Part shown: in pieces, positions 12,925 to 26,499 of the stretch
How the letters are laid out: every line of letters begins with the position of its first letter
How positions within the stretch are numbered: position 1 is the first letter of the stretch
Origin: Octopus vulgaris
Lineage: Eukaryota
Assembly: GCA_951406725.2 (NCBI GenBank)
Contig: OX597821.1
Coordinates: 100,688,001 to 100,752,000 of the forward strand
DNA: 64,000 nucleotides
Reading direction: 5' to 3'
Made by a program: the position numbers and the translations under genes
Notes under the pieces: model-generated
The model's input: the letters and a program-made list of their open reading frames with translations, nothing else
The model's database searches: none
What the model was told of the DNA's origin: nothing

Positions 12925-13620
12925 TTTTACTGGTTTCAGTAATTTGACTGCGGCCATGCTGGTGCACTGCCTTGAAGGATCTTAGTCAAATAAATCGACT
13001 CTAGGACTTTTTTTAACGCCTAGTACTTATTTTATCAATTTCTTTTGTCGATTCGCTAAGTTTCGGGGTGCTTAAACACGCCAACATCGATTTTCAATCG
13101 GTAGTGGAGGACAAACACAGACACAAAGACACACACACACATATAGAGAGAGAGAAGGAAAATATGTGGGTAGGCGGATGTTGGGGTAGAGGTGGGGTAT
13201 GTGGGTAGGCGGAGGGTGGAGTAGAGGTGGGGTATGTGGGAGTGGGTATAAAAGATGTGGTTGGGTGGGATGGGGAAGGATAGTGAAGGTGGGGTGGGCT
13301 TCAGAGGGATGGATAACGATGAATGGGGAAGGAGAAGGTGGGTAGGAGTGAAAAGAAGAGAGAAGGAGAGTAGGAGTCGGAGCAAGAGAGGAGAGGTAGA
13401 TGAGAGGAAGTATGTGTGGGGGGAGAGAGGCGAGGGGAAGAGTTTAGAGAAGAGGGGAGGAGAGTTGAGCCCATGTGGCGCAAAAGAGCGAAGAGAGAAG
13501 ATTATTCCCTTATATATATATATACATATATATTCGACAGGCTTCTTTCAGTTTCCGTCTACCAAGGCTTTGATCACCCTGAGGTTATAGTAGAATGCAC
13601 TTCCCCAAGGTGCCACGCAG
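12925..13620 (-). mobile_element. Degenerate SINE family A split by a G/A-rich low-complexity tract
   Basis: 3' half at 12925-13140, 5' part at 13530-13620; purine-rich tract lies in place of the internal microsatellite. Confidence 0.65.
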
Positions 13621-15121
13621 AGGAATTGATACATGAATATTTTTCTAATACTCTTAATATAATATCAAATTTTGACTGGCCGTTGTGAAGGGATGGGTTT
13701 TATCGATTACATCAATCTCAATGTTCAACTGGTACTTATTTTGTCGACCCCGAAATGATGAAAAGCAAAATCGAATTCGGCGGAATTTTTACACACATCG
13801 TAATACTGGAAGAAATTATTCTAAGCATTTTGTCCACTATGCCACCGATTCTTCTTATGCTCTTAATATCCTAAGGACAAACATAAACGTTGCTACTTCC
13901 CTTTTATCGAATTAAAATGAAACCAATATATACTTAGGAATAATGTTGTACATTACTCCATTATTTTCGTCTTGGTTTCAAATCCTAATTAAAGATATTT
14001 CCCGTTAATGCGTCACCTAATAACACTTTAGTGAGTTACAAACACCGCCTAATCTTATTTTCTATCCCCTCATAAACTAAAGTGGTTGCTTTTACGTAAT
14101 AAATAAACTAATATTTACAAATGTCGACAATCGCAAACATTATGTAAATACGACAGAGATCTCCAGCCTCTAACATTTTCCTTTCGTAGTTTGTCGATGC
14201 GAACAAAATCAATAAAATAGGCACTGGACGTACCATCGTAGTCCATAATTTAATATAATCCAATGAACGGACAAGAGTAGGTCGAAGACCAAGAATTATA
14301 ACGACTCTAGCCTAGGCACATGGCTTCGACGTGTTAAAGCGAATATAGAGTTCTACTTAAAGTAAAACCTTATAAGAAATTGAACATTATAATGGAAATG
14401 TTAATAATTCAAGAATAAATTGTGATTAAATCCTTATATAGGCACAATGCATAGAAAATGCGTAAAATTTGGTGGGGTGGAACGAGTCGATTACATTGAG
14501 CCCAGCGTTCAAGCGTTACTTATTTCATCGACCCCGGAATGATGAAAGGGCAAAGTTTATCTCGGTGGAATTTGAATTCAAACGTAAAAACGGACGAAAT
14601 ACCGCTAAGAATTTTATCCTTCGTGTCATCTTGCCACTCTTTTCAATGTAATTAAATAGAAAATACGTAATACTTAGTTGTAATTTTAAATAAAATGACA
14701 ATTCGCTTCTGTATTTGGTTTGCAAGATTCTTGAGATGATCTCGTAAGTTGAAACATATTTTGTCACAGGAGGGTCAGTATGCCAATAATGAACACATGC
14801 ACTGGTTCGATTTCACTTCTTTCATTACTATTAGTCAATTAGTTGGCCATTTAACCAATTAAATAAAGCATCGTTCAGTTAATCAGTCAGTCAGCTAAGT
14901 TCTATGGTCGCTATTCGTAACCTCTTCAATGACATGTCAACTCTGTTCCAGGTCTGCCAGTCGAATTTTTCAGACTTTTAACCTCAACTTTAGAAATAAA
15001 ACAATTTTGTATATATTTTATTTACAGTATGTTTTAATCTGTTTGATCTCAAATAATCGTCAGATGTTTTATTCGAGGATATATAAAACTCCTAATGATT
15101 GTAGTGCAGATGTTAAATACT

Positions 15122-15340
15122 CGTTTCAAATTTTGGCACAGAGTCACCAATTTCAGAGAAGGGGATAAGTCGATTACATCGCCACCCCCTCCCCGTGTGT
15201 ACAACTGGTACCTATTTTATCGACCCCAAAAATATCAAAGGCAAAATCGACGCCGGCGGAATTTAAACTCGGTACGTAAAGACAGACGAAGTGGCGTGAA
15301 GCATTTTGATCGGCATGTTATTAGTTCTACCAGCTCGCAG
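15122..15340 (-). mobile_element. SINE family B (further degenerate copies at about 13670-13850, 14440-14635, 17781-17880, 20460-20800, 36490-36660, 39836-40010, 43560-43730, 49620-49822, 51965-52090, 57520-57718)
   Basis: TTTCAAATTTTGGCACA...GTCGATTACATCG...CTGGTAC...TATCGACCCC, the reverse complement of the family B body. Confidence 0.8.
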
Positions 15341-15659
15341 ATGTTAGATATTTAAAAGTGGATATTTCAATTCCAAAGATGAGATTAATAATTCAAAGAA
15401 TTACAATCTTAAAACTTTACATAAATCATTCAGAAATATTTGGCAGGATAAATATGCAACATATTTTACTGTTTTTTAAGGAATCTTATAAATTCGTAAA
15501 TTGATATTGGGTAAGTTTGAAACCGAACTAGACTGAATGCATGGATTTAAACAAAATGGAATCTAGTAGTAGATCTACGCAGTCGCCATTTTTTGAACGG
15601 AAGGCTTCGGCATCTAGCAGGTGGCTTGGTAGAAACCCTCAAAATTATCCATCATTTTT

Positions 15660-15810
15660 CAACAACTTTTCTCACCTTTTTGAATTATATGAAATTTCGA
15701 AACATTTTTTTACGTTTAGAATTGTCGAAGCTTGGAATAAACTACCGGCGGGGATTTTTAACTGCATTCTTCAAAAATTCCCTACTTCCCGAAATTCCTC
15801 AACACTTCTC
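15660..15810 (+). mobile_element. CR1/L2-like LINE ORF2 3' fragment
   Basis: KHFFTFRIVEAWNKLPA matches the CR1-group C-terminal motif FFS.RVV..WN.LP. Confidence 0.7.
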
Positions 15811-16618
15811 AAACAGATAGAAAAGGAAGCAGCTCCTTTACTTGGTTGGTACTTTGGTACTATATCAACCAACTCTGAAAGGATGAAAAGTAAAGTTAGC
15901 TTCGGTTAAAATTCGATCTCAGAGCGCAGTGATCACGGACAAATAACGCTGCTTTAACCATTCTTCCGATTCACCGTCTAATGAGACTACTGTTTTCAAC
16001 TTTCACTAAACTATCCTCTGTCAACCTGTCCGCTTTAATCTCTCAACAGCAGTAAGTGTAAGGTACCTGCTTACAAGCTTCGCCAGCCATTAACTGCCTG
16101 CACTGGAAATTTCATATAGATTGGTTTATCATTTCACCTGATTCTAGCAATTTATATATTTGATATTAATGAACTCGTCGTTTTTTTTAATAGTAAAGTG
16201 AGCCCTTTCACACTTGATGTAGTAAGAAAAAGATACAAATAATTAGATAATTAATTATAATTACAGTCTTAGAAATGAAAACAACCTTTTCCAAATGAAC
16301 TGAAACTCTTCAATGAAGAAAAAGGAGAAAACCACAAAAGTTTAATTAATGAAAATTCATGAATTAAATATAGAATGCTGTGTTGAATGAATGCGATCTT
16401 TGACAGCACAATATCTTCGGACGCGTTTTAGTTATTTGACCTACTCAGGAAGGTGTAGTCTACCTGTGACTGCAAATCTTAAAATGACTAGATAAGTATA
16501 AAAGATTTCTGTGAAGGACTTCCCTTGCTTTCAGCAAAACCCTAACAGTGTTCAACTCCAAACTCACATATTCTTAAGTTGAAGATAACACATATATATT
16601 ATATTTGTCCCTTAAAGC

Positions 16619-16675
16619 AATGTGTTTGCCATGGCAAGGTTCGTCAGTGGGAAGCCTTGCCTTGGCAAACACATT
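16619..16675. repeat. Hairpin with ~24-bp arms
   Basis: AATGTGTTTGCCATGGCAAGGTTC-gtcagtgg-GAAGCCTTGCCTTGGCAAACACATT. Confidence 0.85.
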
Positions 16676-16918
16676 CTGTCTGTTTTGCTAAAAAGAGGTA
16701 GAAACTGATCAGTCTGGGATATATCTTTAATGGTAAATGTTTTTGATTTTCATTCTTTCCATGAATTTATCTCTCTTTGTGTATCTAGCACTAAGCTTCC
16801 TTATTTGGGAGCCTTTTATTATATTTCTATATGAATAATATTTTGTCTAATGACTAATTCGTCTTTTGTGCTAGGCCACTGGTAATAATAACTTATGTTA
16901 TTACCCTTTTTGATTATG

Positions 16919-16979
<61 letters not shown>

Positions 16980-17554
16980 TATAATTATATTTAAGTAGAG
17001 TGAAATCCAAGCTGTGTCCTCATGTTTAACATGTAAAACATTGCAATTCCTATTAGCAAATGGAACATGTGTAATGGTGAATAAACTGTACCCAAAATCT
17101 TTTCCAGCTTCTTGTATTGTTGCGCGCACGCACGTGTGTGTGTGTGTGTGTGTGTGCGCGAACATTTATCAACCACAGAAAGCTTAAAGATTTCCTGTGT
17201 TTTACGACACCAAACTGTTGAAACTACACATATTAAGAAATCTTTTTAAATCCTAGTCATGCAATCTTCCATTCTACAGTTGGACAATATTCGGTTAATA
17301 CTAATAAAAAAAATTTGACAAGTGCAATTGGAAATTGTAAGGCAGTCCTTACAAATGTCAATAGTCTCTAATGACGACCACAGATTCTTAATATAACTCA
17401 AACAGCTTCAATTTTCTAATACAATAAACACTTCAGTTGTGACCAACTTTTAACTCTGTAACAGACACAAATATACAATCTAGTCTGCAGAAGTGATAAA
17501 AAAAATCTGGTGCAATACGCATACCACGCACATGAATTTTCTTAATAATAAGCA

Positions 17555-17709
17555 CAGGTGAGGCTGTGTGGTAAGAAGCTTGCTTCCCAACCACATGGTT
17601 CCGGGTTCAGTCCTACTGTGTGGCATCTTGAGTAAGTGTCTCCGATAATCTTGGGCTGACCTAAGCCTTGTGAGTGGATATGGTAGACGGAAACGGTAAG
17701 GAGTTCGCC

Positions 17710-17712
<3 letters not shown>
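17555..17712 (+). mobile_element. SINE family A 5' half (an isolated 3' half lies at 18885-19090)
   Basis: GGCTGTGTGGTAAGAAGCTTGCTTCCCAACCACATGGTTCCGGGTTCAGTCC. Confidence 0.8.
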
Positions 17713-17783
<71 letters not shown>

Positions 17784-18373
17784 TTTTCTACTCTAGGCAC
17801 AAGGCCCGAAATTTATCGACCCCGAAAGGCAGGGTCGACTTCGGCGGAATTTGAACTCAGAAGACAGATGAAATACCGCTAATTACGATTAGAGATTGTG
17901 TTAACCTCATGAAGGGATGGTTTCATCCAAGGATATATTGGTTCAAAACCTAGTCTTTTGGTGGAATTAATTTCCTTAAAATAACAGGTATATTTATAAA
18001 AAGCATATAGATTATATTCATATAAAAGAATTGATTAATGATTAATATGCTGTTAATTATAAACAATTATTTCATTCACACTACAAAGACCCCTTTTGAT
18101 GAACAGCACACGGAATTTATGTCTCCACACTTTCCATTTGTAATAACAAAATATGAACTCCTATTGGAATCTACATACCATGGACAAGAAGCATTTCTAC
18201 CCATTCTACACAGCACTTTCCTTGGATAATGGAACTGCAATTGTAACATCCAACATATATTTTTATTCTTATTTTTATTTTCTTATTTCCCTTTATACTT
18301 CCTATATCCATCCTTTTCCAAAATAACTCCTTATATTGAACCCTAATTTTCCTCTAGTTAACTCTCTCGTATC

Positions 18374-18421
18374 GCCTCTGATGAAGAGACATCTCTAATA
18401 TCCCAGAAACAGCTGTAAGAC
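18374..18421 (+). ncRNA. Type I hammerhead motif in a pLTR-like element (~18250-18490)
   Basis: GCCT-CTGATGA-AGAGACATCTCTAATATCCCA-GAAAC-AGCT-GTA-AGAC; palindromic stem III ACAGCTGT; decayed homologue inverted at 26570-26617. Confidence 0.65.
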
Positions 18422-18834
18422 TACCTTTCTCTTTAGACATGTCCTTTAAATTCCACACAGCCTTGGGTTTGTTGTCTCGTTTTATTTAACATATACATGC
18501 TCACACAAGACCTGCATTAGACTCCTCGTATTATTATCTAATCCAGAGTCTAACTACGTTTCTCACGTAGCACTTATATAGACTTACCTGCCATCTTGAA
18601 TCTTCTTTATCACCTTCATTATAGCTGCACTGTTCAAAGCTTGCACTAAGAATAAGGGCAAGGTAAAACTACTACCTGCTTTTATAACGAGTTGATGCAG
18701 GTAGTTTACCCCACACCCCTCAGACTTTTAGTTCATGCAATTGAAAAAAACCGCATTATTTATGGGATGACTTAATATATAGATGTATGTATGTATGTAT
18801 GCATTTTGTGTGTGTGTTTGTGTGCGTGTGTGTA

Positions 18835-18888
<54 letters not shown>

Positions 18889-19090
18889 TCCTCCTGCCAT
18901 CACTTGACAACTGATGCTGGCGTGTTTATGTACCCGTAACTTACCGATTCGGCAAAGAGACCGATAGCATAAGTACAGAGCTTACAAAGAATTAGTCCTG
19001 GGGTTGATTTCTTCGACTGAAACCCTTTAAGGCGCTGCTCCAGCATGGCCGTAGTCAAATGACTGAAATAAAAGAATAAAGAATAAAAGA

Positions 19091-19134
<44 letters not shown>

Positions 19135-19136
<2 letters not shown>

Positions 19137-19342
19137 CCATGTTGATTCGCTAGCCTCCGCACGCATTTTTTTCTCTCCTTGTTTCTCTCCGTGTTTCTTT
19201 TCCGTGTATCTTTCTGTTGAAGAGCGTAGGCTCGAAACGTAAAAGACTTGTTTTATTTATATTCCTGAGCGCCATACTAATACAATTGTTTGTTTGTATT
19301 CCACCTGCCTTCGTCTTTTGTTTATTTTCATAAAGCTTCCCG

Positions 19343-19343
<1 letters not shown>
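19135..19343 (+). mobile_element. ~210-bp (TA)n-embedded hammerhead-bearing element, family 1
   Basis: (TA)n on both sides; TCTTT-CTGTTGA-AGAGC-GTAG-GCTC-GAAACGTA-AAAGA at 19209-19246; homologues at 35961, 42990 and 49951. Confidence 0.8.
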
Positions 19344-19411
<68 letters not shown>

Positions 19412-19432
19412 TTTTTTATATATAGATTTTTT

Positions 19433-19463
<31 letters not shown>

Positions 19464-19618
19464 TTTTTTTTTTTATTCTTCTATCTAATTTAACACTGAC
19501 TCCTTGACCACTCCCCCAAGTATGATATTTTGCGCTATGCCTACCCCCAAAAAGTCCCCCACCAACACCCCTTTAAACCTGCCTAAATGTATAAATGCCA
19601 ATACAATTCTTGTTAACT

Positions 19619-19669
19619 AGCTTCCTGAAGATTTCTCTTGAATGAAACAGTTCTAGTCCTGTAGAAGCT
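19619..19669 (+). ncRNA. Type I hammerhead ribozyme, best-formed copy
   Basis: AGCTTC-CTGAAGA-TTTC-TCTT-GAAT-GAAA-CAG-TTCTAGTC-CTG-TA|GAAGCT; 6-bp stem I, intact core, closed stem III, predicted cleavage after 19663; AATAAA follows shortly downstream. Confidence 0.8.
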
Positions 19670-19752
19670 CCTTCTATATAATAAATTAATTTTACTCTGC
19701 TATGTATTGAGTACCTTATTTACTGTGGTTAACCCCGAATCAACCCGGGACC

Positions 19753-19807
<55 letters not shown>

Positions 19808-20059
19808 GGACACACCTCGGATGTGTCCATATATCTACAAAATGTGTGTATGTATATATGAAAAAGTGTAAGAAATACGGAGATGTACTTGCATAGCAAG
19901 TGACCTGATCTGAGATCGTGTGCTGGAGCGAAAACAATTGCAGCGTGTAAGTTGTTTATAACCCATTTAAGAAACACACAAAACCGTTAGATTCACTTCA
20001 ACATTTAATTCCGTGCTGCAACAAAATTCCGTGCCGCTCCATGGGGCTTTGTCAGTGAA

Positions 20060-20296
20060 AGGCGGCGAGCTGGCAGAAACGTTAGCACGCCGGGCGAAAT
20101 GCGTAGCCGTATTTCGTCTGCCGTTACGTTGTGAGTTCAAATTCCGCCGAGGTCGACTTTGCCTTTCATCCTTTCGGGGTCGATTAAATAAGTACCAGTT
20201 ACGCATTGGGGTCGATGTAATCGACTTAATCCCTTTATCTGTTCTTGTTTGTCCCCTCTGTGTTTAGCCCCTTGTGGGTAGTAAAGAAATAGTAAT
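20060..20296 (+). mobile_element. SINE family B, young tail type, with 12-bp TSD
   Basis: TTTGTCAGTGAA at 20048-20059 and 20297-20308; tail CTGTGTTTAGCCCCTTGTGGGTAGTAAAGAAATA. Confidence 0.9.
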
Positions 20297-20842
20297 TTTG
20301 TCAGTGAACAGGTCGCGCTCTCAAAGCGACAAAAATATTTTGGCCAAATAAATTTAAATGTAATAAATAATTTAAGGGAAATTGGGAAGTTATTTCTAGC
20401 AAGTCCCGCGGTGTATCGTTATGATATTGTCACTAATGTTAACATTGAATAATATGGCCAGCTAGCAAGCCGGTTAAGATGCTTTAGCGTCATTTCGTCC
20501 GTCTTTACGTTGAGTTCAAATTTCATCATTTGGTGATCGAAAAAATAAGTACCACTGAAGCACACATAACTGACCGAAATTTCAGGCCTTGTGACAAAAT
20601 TTGAAATCAATATTTAATGAGGCGGCGAACAAGGCGGCATTACGTTCGTTTTTATGTTCTGAGTTCAAATTCCTCCGAGGTCGGTTTTACCTTTTATCTT
20701 TTTTGAAATCGATAAAATAAGTACAAGTTGAGAATTGGGGTTGATGTAATCGACTTAACCCTCCTTGAAATTTCTGGTCTTGTGCCAAAATTTGAACCCG
20801 GTATTGAATGAGCTAATAATTATGCTATTGTTAACGTTACTT

Positions 20843-21294
20843 ACTCTTTAACTCTTTTACTTGTTTCAGTCATTTGACTGCGGCTATGTTGGAGCACCAC
20901 ATTTAGTCGAGCAAATCGACCCCAAGACCTATTCTTTGTAAGCCTAGTACTTTATTCTATCGGGCTCTTTTGCCGAACCGCTAAGTTACAGGGACGTAAA
21001 CACACCAGCATCGGTTGTCAAGCGATGGTGGAGGTGACAAACACAGACACACAAACATATACACACACATGCATATATATATATATGGCCACAGCTCGTG
21101 AGCTGAAACTAGATAAAATAAAATAAAAAACAAAATAATATATATATATACATATATGCATATATACGACGGGTTTCCTTCGGTTTCTGTCTACCAAATC
21201 CACTGACATTGGTCGGCCTGAGGCTATAGTAGAAGACACTTTCCCAAGGTGCCACGCAGTGGGAATGAACCCGGAACCATGTGATTGGTAAGCA
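20843..21294 (-). mobile_element. SINE family A
   Basis: Reverse complement of the family A sequence. Confidence 0.85.
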
Positions 21295-22656
21295 TATAGC
21301 AATTATTACTTAGCAATTATTCTAAACTATTTTACTGCATCGAACTCATCCTGATTTTTAACGACCATGCTACGGTCTGCTCCACCATACAAACTTAATA
21401 AATAATCGTTTTGTTTTGTTTTGTCTTTTTTTTATTGATAACACTGCTCACTTTCTTTCCTTCATGATGTTTTTTCTTATTGTTGTTTGTTGTTGTTGCT
21501 TTCCATTTCAATATTATTTATTGTTTACTTTACATTGTTTGTTATTGCATATTTTTTTAATTAGTAGTCTTCGGAACGTCCCTCTTGGTTCCAGATTTTA
21601 ATGATGTTGACACGAAGTCTGTAGAGATATGCTATGAAAAATTATTACTGTGCATATACATTTAAGCGTGGATGTATGTACCAGACTATATCTACTGAGA
21701 GGCTATGTAAAATTACGTATGCATATCTGATTAGTTATTTAGTGTGTTTGTAAATATTTGAGTCTGAACGTATAGCTGTGTATGTACGAGTGTCGTTATT
21801 GGGGGTTTTTTTTTGTTAGTTTATGCAAACGAATACTGACGTAGACACGCATGTGTATATAAGTGTATGCCAGTGTGGGTATATTATATTTATGGATGTG
21901 TATTTTCACGTGTGTGTTACTGCCCATCTGTCCATTCTATATTATTGTATTAATTTATATTTCGGAGTATACAGAAGTACTGATGCATGAATACGATATT
22001 GAAAATCTAAGCGGCTCATACGGATATCTTATTAGCATTTGCTGGAAAGTCTTGATAAAGATTCATCTAACAGTTGAACTGCTTTCTGCGGAAATACACA
22101 ATCCTGTTAATAAAGCCTCAACTGTTATGTTATAAGCTATTGTATACGGCGATTGCCTCACACACCATACGCCATCCAACCAATGAGCCAACACATCTAT
22201 CAACACCAGAAGGAGACATGAGTTCTGAACTGGAGTCATTTCACACTATTGTTACATGTTATGCGTGCTATCTCTGTATTCATTGGACAATGAGGGAACG
22301 AGGGGGGAGATTCAGAGAAAGAAAATCTAAAACTACGAGGATTTTTCAACTAGCATTCAATAGAATCACTGATATGAACAGTGTCAATTCATAGGCGAAC
22401 GAAGTTGAGCAATGATGAAGAGAGCAAGTATTTTTCTTCGTTTTATTCATACAATAAAATTTTTTGAAATTATTTGCTTTCTGTATCTCACTCTATTATT
22501 TGTTGTATTACTATAAATATGCTCGAATAAAAAAATAAAAAAACTTTTGCAATTCAGATCTATTTTATTTTATATTTTTATTTCTCTCAATTCATATTCT
22601 TATACAGAATTGCACCAAATCGATTAATATATATACACGTGTGTGTGAGCGCGTGC

Positions 22657-22735
<79 letters not shown>

Positions 22736-23577
22736 TGCATGCAGCAATTCAGAAGCCTTGTTAGCATTTAAATACGCAAAATTTTGATTTATAATTTTGG
22801 AATAATTATGCATTTATATAGCTTTAATACTATCTTTGCTACTATACCACTATATTGTGAATATTTTGGGGCACACACACGCACACACACACACACACGC
22901 ACACACACAAACACGCACAAACACGCACACAGTCAAAAGCTGAGATCCAGAGATGCTTAATATAGAAAACACGCGGTTGTGCTCAAATGATTTCAACTCA
23001 CGAATGGTTATAAGTAGAAACCAGGTATGATATGGAGTTAGTGCTGAAAGTAAACATGTTTGGGCTTGCTATAAAAAGTATACATCCGTACGTACATACA
23101 TTCATACATACATGTTACATATTCACTTGTAAATATATATAAAGATATACATAAAGAGTGACATAAAGAGTGACAAAAACTGAAAATATTCAGAAGATGA
23201 ACACTCGTGTATAAGCATAAAGTTATCTATTTATTTACATGGGGTATAAAATAGTAAAGAAAACTGAGGGGAGGGGGGAATGGTATCGCAGGTCCGACAG
23301 CTGTTTCTGGAGGCTCGGAATTACGGAATAATTATAATGCTGACAGATGGAGTGCAAAAAGTCACGGATTTGCAACCAGTACTGCATGCTTATAAACATT
23401 ACCGTAAAGCCGACCTCCATCTTCAAGGTGGAGAGATTCCTTCGACTAAAATTCTTCAGGCAGTACCCCAGCATGGCCACAGTCTCATGACTGAAACAAG
23501 TAAAAGAATAAAAGAATGTATGAAATATAAACGCAGAAAACATTATTGGTATTTTAATGCTGTTATATATATTTCAA

Positions 23578-23724
23578 GGCGTAGGAGTGGCATGGTTCCG
23601 GGTTCAGTCCCATTGCGTCGAACCTTGGGCAAGTATCTTCTACTATAGGCTCGGCCAACCAAAACCTTGTGAGTGGATTTGGTAGACGGAAACTGAAAGA
23701 AGCCCGTCATATATATATGTATAC

Positions 23725-23795
<71 letters not shown>

Positions 23796-24094
23796 GTGAA
23801 AGTTCTTTTTACCGGTTGCGCATTTGTTATGCTTATCAAAAAATGTTTTTTTAAGAGAGATAGAGTTCCTTTCTGATAGATTTTTTTCCTCTTATCTGGA
23901 AATATAAGAGGAAAAAATCTATCAGAGAGGAACTCTATCTCTCTTAAAAAAACATCTTTTGATAAGCATAACAAATGCGCAACCGGTAAAAAGAACTTTC
24001 ACCTAATTAAATTACTTAAATTACTTAAATTATATTGTCAGCATTTTCTTCATTTCCTTTTTTATATATCACAACTCGTGTTCCACATCTTTTT

Positions 24095-24156
<62 letters not shown>

Positions 24157-24390
24157 TATATACATATGTATGTATGTATGTATGTATGTGTGTTTGTCCC
24201 CCCAACATCGCTTGACAACCGATCCTGGTGTGTTTACGTCCCTGTAACTTAGCGGTTCGGCAAAACAGACCGATAGAATAAGTACTAGGCTTACAAAGAA
24301 TAAGTCTTGGGGTCGATTTACTCGACTAACGGTGGTGCTCCAGCATAGCCGCAGTCAAATGACTGAAACAAGTAAAAGAGTAAAAGAGTA
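23578..24390 (+). mobile_element. SINE family A with a ~310-bp palindromic insert in its internal (TA)n
   Basis: 5' half 23578-23708, 3' half 24190-24390. Confidence 0.85.
23794..24004. repeat. Near-perfect palindrome with ~100-bp arms
   Basis: AGGTGAAAGTTCTTTTTACCGGTTGCGCATTTG... mirrored by ...CAAATGCGCAACCGGTAAAAAGAACTTTCACCT. Confidence 0.95.
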
Positions 24391-24868
24391 ACTGTATAAG
24401 TCTTCAAAATGTCGGCAGTTGCAGACACATTAAAGATATAAACTGTTGATTCACTGAAACACATGAATGTAAAGCATAAAGATCCATTCTGTGCTTTTCA
24501 TTACATAACATGGCTCAGACTCTTCACTTTAATCTATCTTCTGGTGTGATGGTTGGACTTATATTGCGTAGAATGCAGAAGATTAATGTGGAACCGATTA
24601 CTGAAACCTAAACTTACTGGTAGCATATCGTGTACGGCAGCACATACACTCGAACACATCTGTGCTCGAGTGTATACGTGTGTCTGCAGGCGTGTGTGCG
24701 CCTGTGTGTCCTTACACATAATACCAGATTTTATAACAAAAAGTTATTTCTAAATTGTGTCTTTTGTGGCTGCAGATAAAGATCGCATATGAATGTATAT
24801 ATTTATACTCATATTGTTACGCAATAAACAGTGTTATATCTAACAAAAAGTATATAAAGTACGTATAC

Positions 24869-24907
<39 letters not shown>

Positions 24908-25049
24908 ATATTCACCTATTTACGTGTGCCTTTGTTTGCATTTATATAGTTATACATATTTTCGCTCTGAATTTAATTCTCTTACGTACAAATGTATCGG
25001 ACACTAAGTGATTTGTACACGAAAATAGTCTCGCTGTATTTGAAAAGTG

Positions 25050-25184
<135 letters not shown>

Positions 25185-25243
25185 GCAGACAGACAGACAG
25201 ACAGACAGACAGATATGTATGAATAGAGATAGATAGAGATAGA

Positions 25244-25370
25244 TAAGTTTCTTTATTGGCCACACAGGGCTGCACACAGATGGGACAAATTACAAGGTAG
25301 AGCTTTTCTTTTGGGGGATGAAAAAAAAAAGTGGCGTAGGTTTTCGATCAAAAGGGATCGTAAAAGGGAA
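25244..25370 (-). mobile_element. Probable LINE 3' end inserted in (TAGA)n
   Basis: Minus strand ends TGTCCCATCTGTGTGCAGCCCTGTGTGGCCAATAAAGAAAC next to the microsatellite; resembles the young SINE B tail. Confidence 0.5.
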
Positions 25371-25514
25371 AAAAGAAAAAAAAAAAGAAAAAAGGAAAAG
25401 AAACAAAAGAAAAGAAAAAAGAAAAAAGAAGAAAAAAGAGGAAAAGAGGGGAAGAGGAAAATAGATAGATATACAGACAGACAGGCAGGCAGGAAGGCAG
25501 GCAGACAGACACAC

Positions 25515-25596
<82 letters not shown>

Positions 25597-25598
<2 letters not shown>

Positions 25599-26325
25599 GA
25601 TTGCTTCATCTTGACAGACGATAGCCATCCAATCAACGCATATCACACCCCATCACATAGCACAATACCTCCGTTGATGAGCCTTTAGATGACTTTTAAG
25701 ACCAGCTGCTAACTGACAGGGTTTAAAACACAGGTGACAGATTTTATTCAAGTCTCTTCTACATCTTCACCGTTTGGAATCTGATTCTGAAGGAAATATG
25801 TTTGTGAACTAGCATATGTCTTTTTAAGTGCAGGTATTGTCTTATAGGTTTTGTGACGTATGACACAAGTCGTAAGAGGCGGTTGATGTTCAAGATTATT
25901 TCCTACCTGGGCATTCCGATTTTCATCTGACTTCATGATTCACATATCCTGCTTTTGACAGCCGGTCACGATCACAGATAATACATATCCAATGTTCACT
26001 GTTGATTTCAGTTCCAGTTGTTCCTTTGAGACAGGCTCTTTTAAACTCAAAGTGCTTAATCATCTTTTACTCCCAGGCGTTGCAACAAGTCCTAACAGCA
26101 CCTCTCCACTTTTTCCGATCCAGAACATCAATTTCCCAATTACTTTTGTTCATATCTAGTTTCTTCAGGTTTTTCTTCACACAATCTTTATAACTTTTCC
26201 CCGACTTGTGTTGTGGTCGCTTTCCAGAGTTGAGCTCACCAAAAAAAAAAAGACACTTTGGCAATTGCTCATCTTTCATTTTAATAACATGCCCAGCCCA
26301 TCACATTTGAACCAAGATAACATAT
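25597..26325 (-). mobile_element. RTE-clade LINE 3' fragment
   Basis: WAGHVIKMKDEQLPK..FGELNSGKRPQHK..KSYKDCVKKNLKKLDM...WE...LDRKKWR plus C-terminal CxxC...H; ends at a tetranucleotide repeat. Confidence 0.85.
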
Positions 26326-26499
26326 TGCTCAATTGGGTTTCCCGGTTTCTATGGCGTATGCGGTTCCCAGCTGGTCGGGACGCCAGTCCATCGCAGCATT
26401 ACTTATTTTAACCAGCTGAGTAGACTGGAGCAACGTGAAATAAAGTGTTTTGCTCAAGAACCACTAAGCCATATGCCTCCACATATATCAATATACTAA

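Noticed and set aside
13160-13480. G-rich tract as a regulatory G-quadruplex or CDS
   Set aside because: Low-complexity expansion inside a SINE, with no other support.
18038-18250. Possible GIY-YIG C-terminus upstream of the hammerhead element
   Set aside because: No convincing motif in translation; a profile search is needed.
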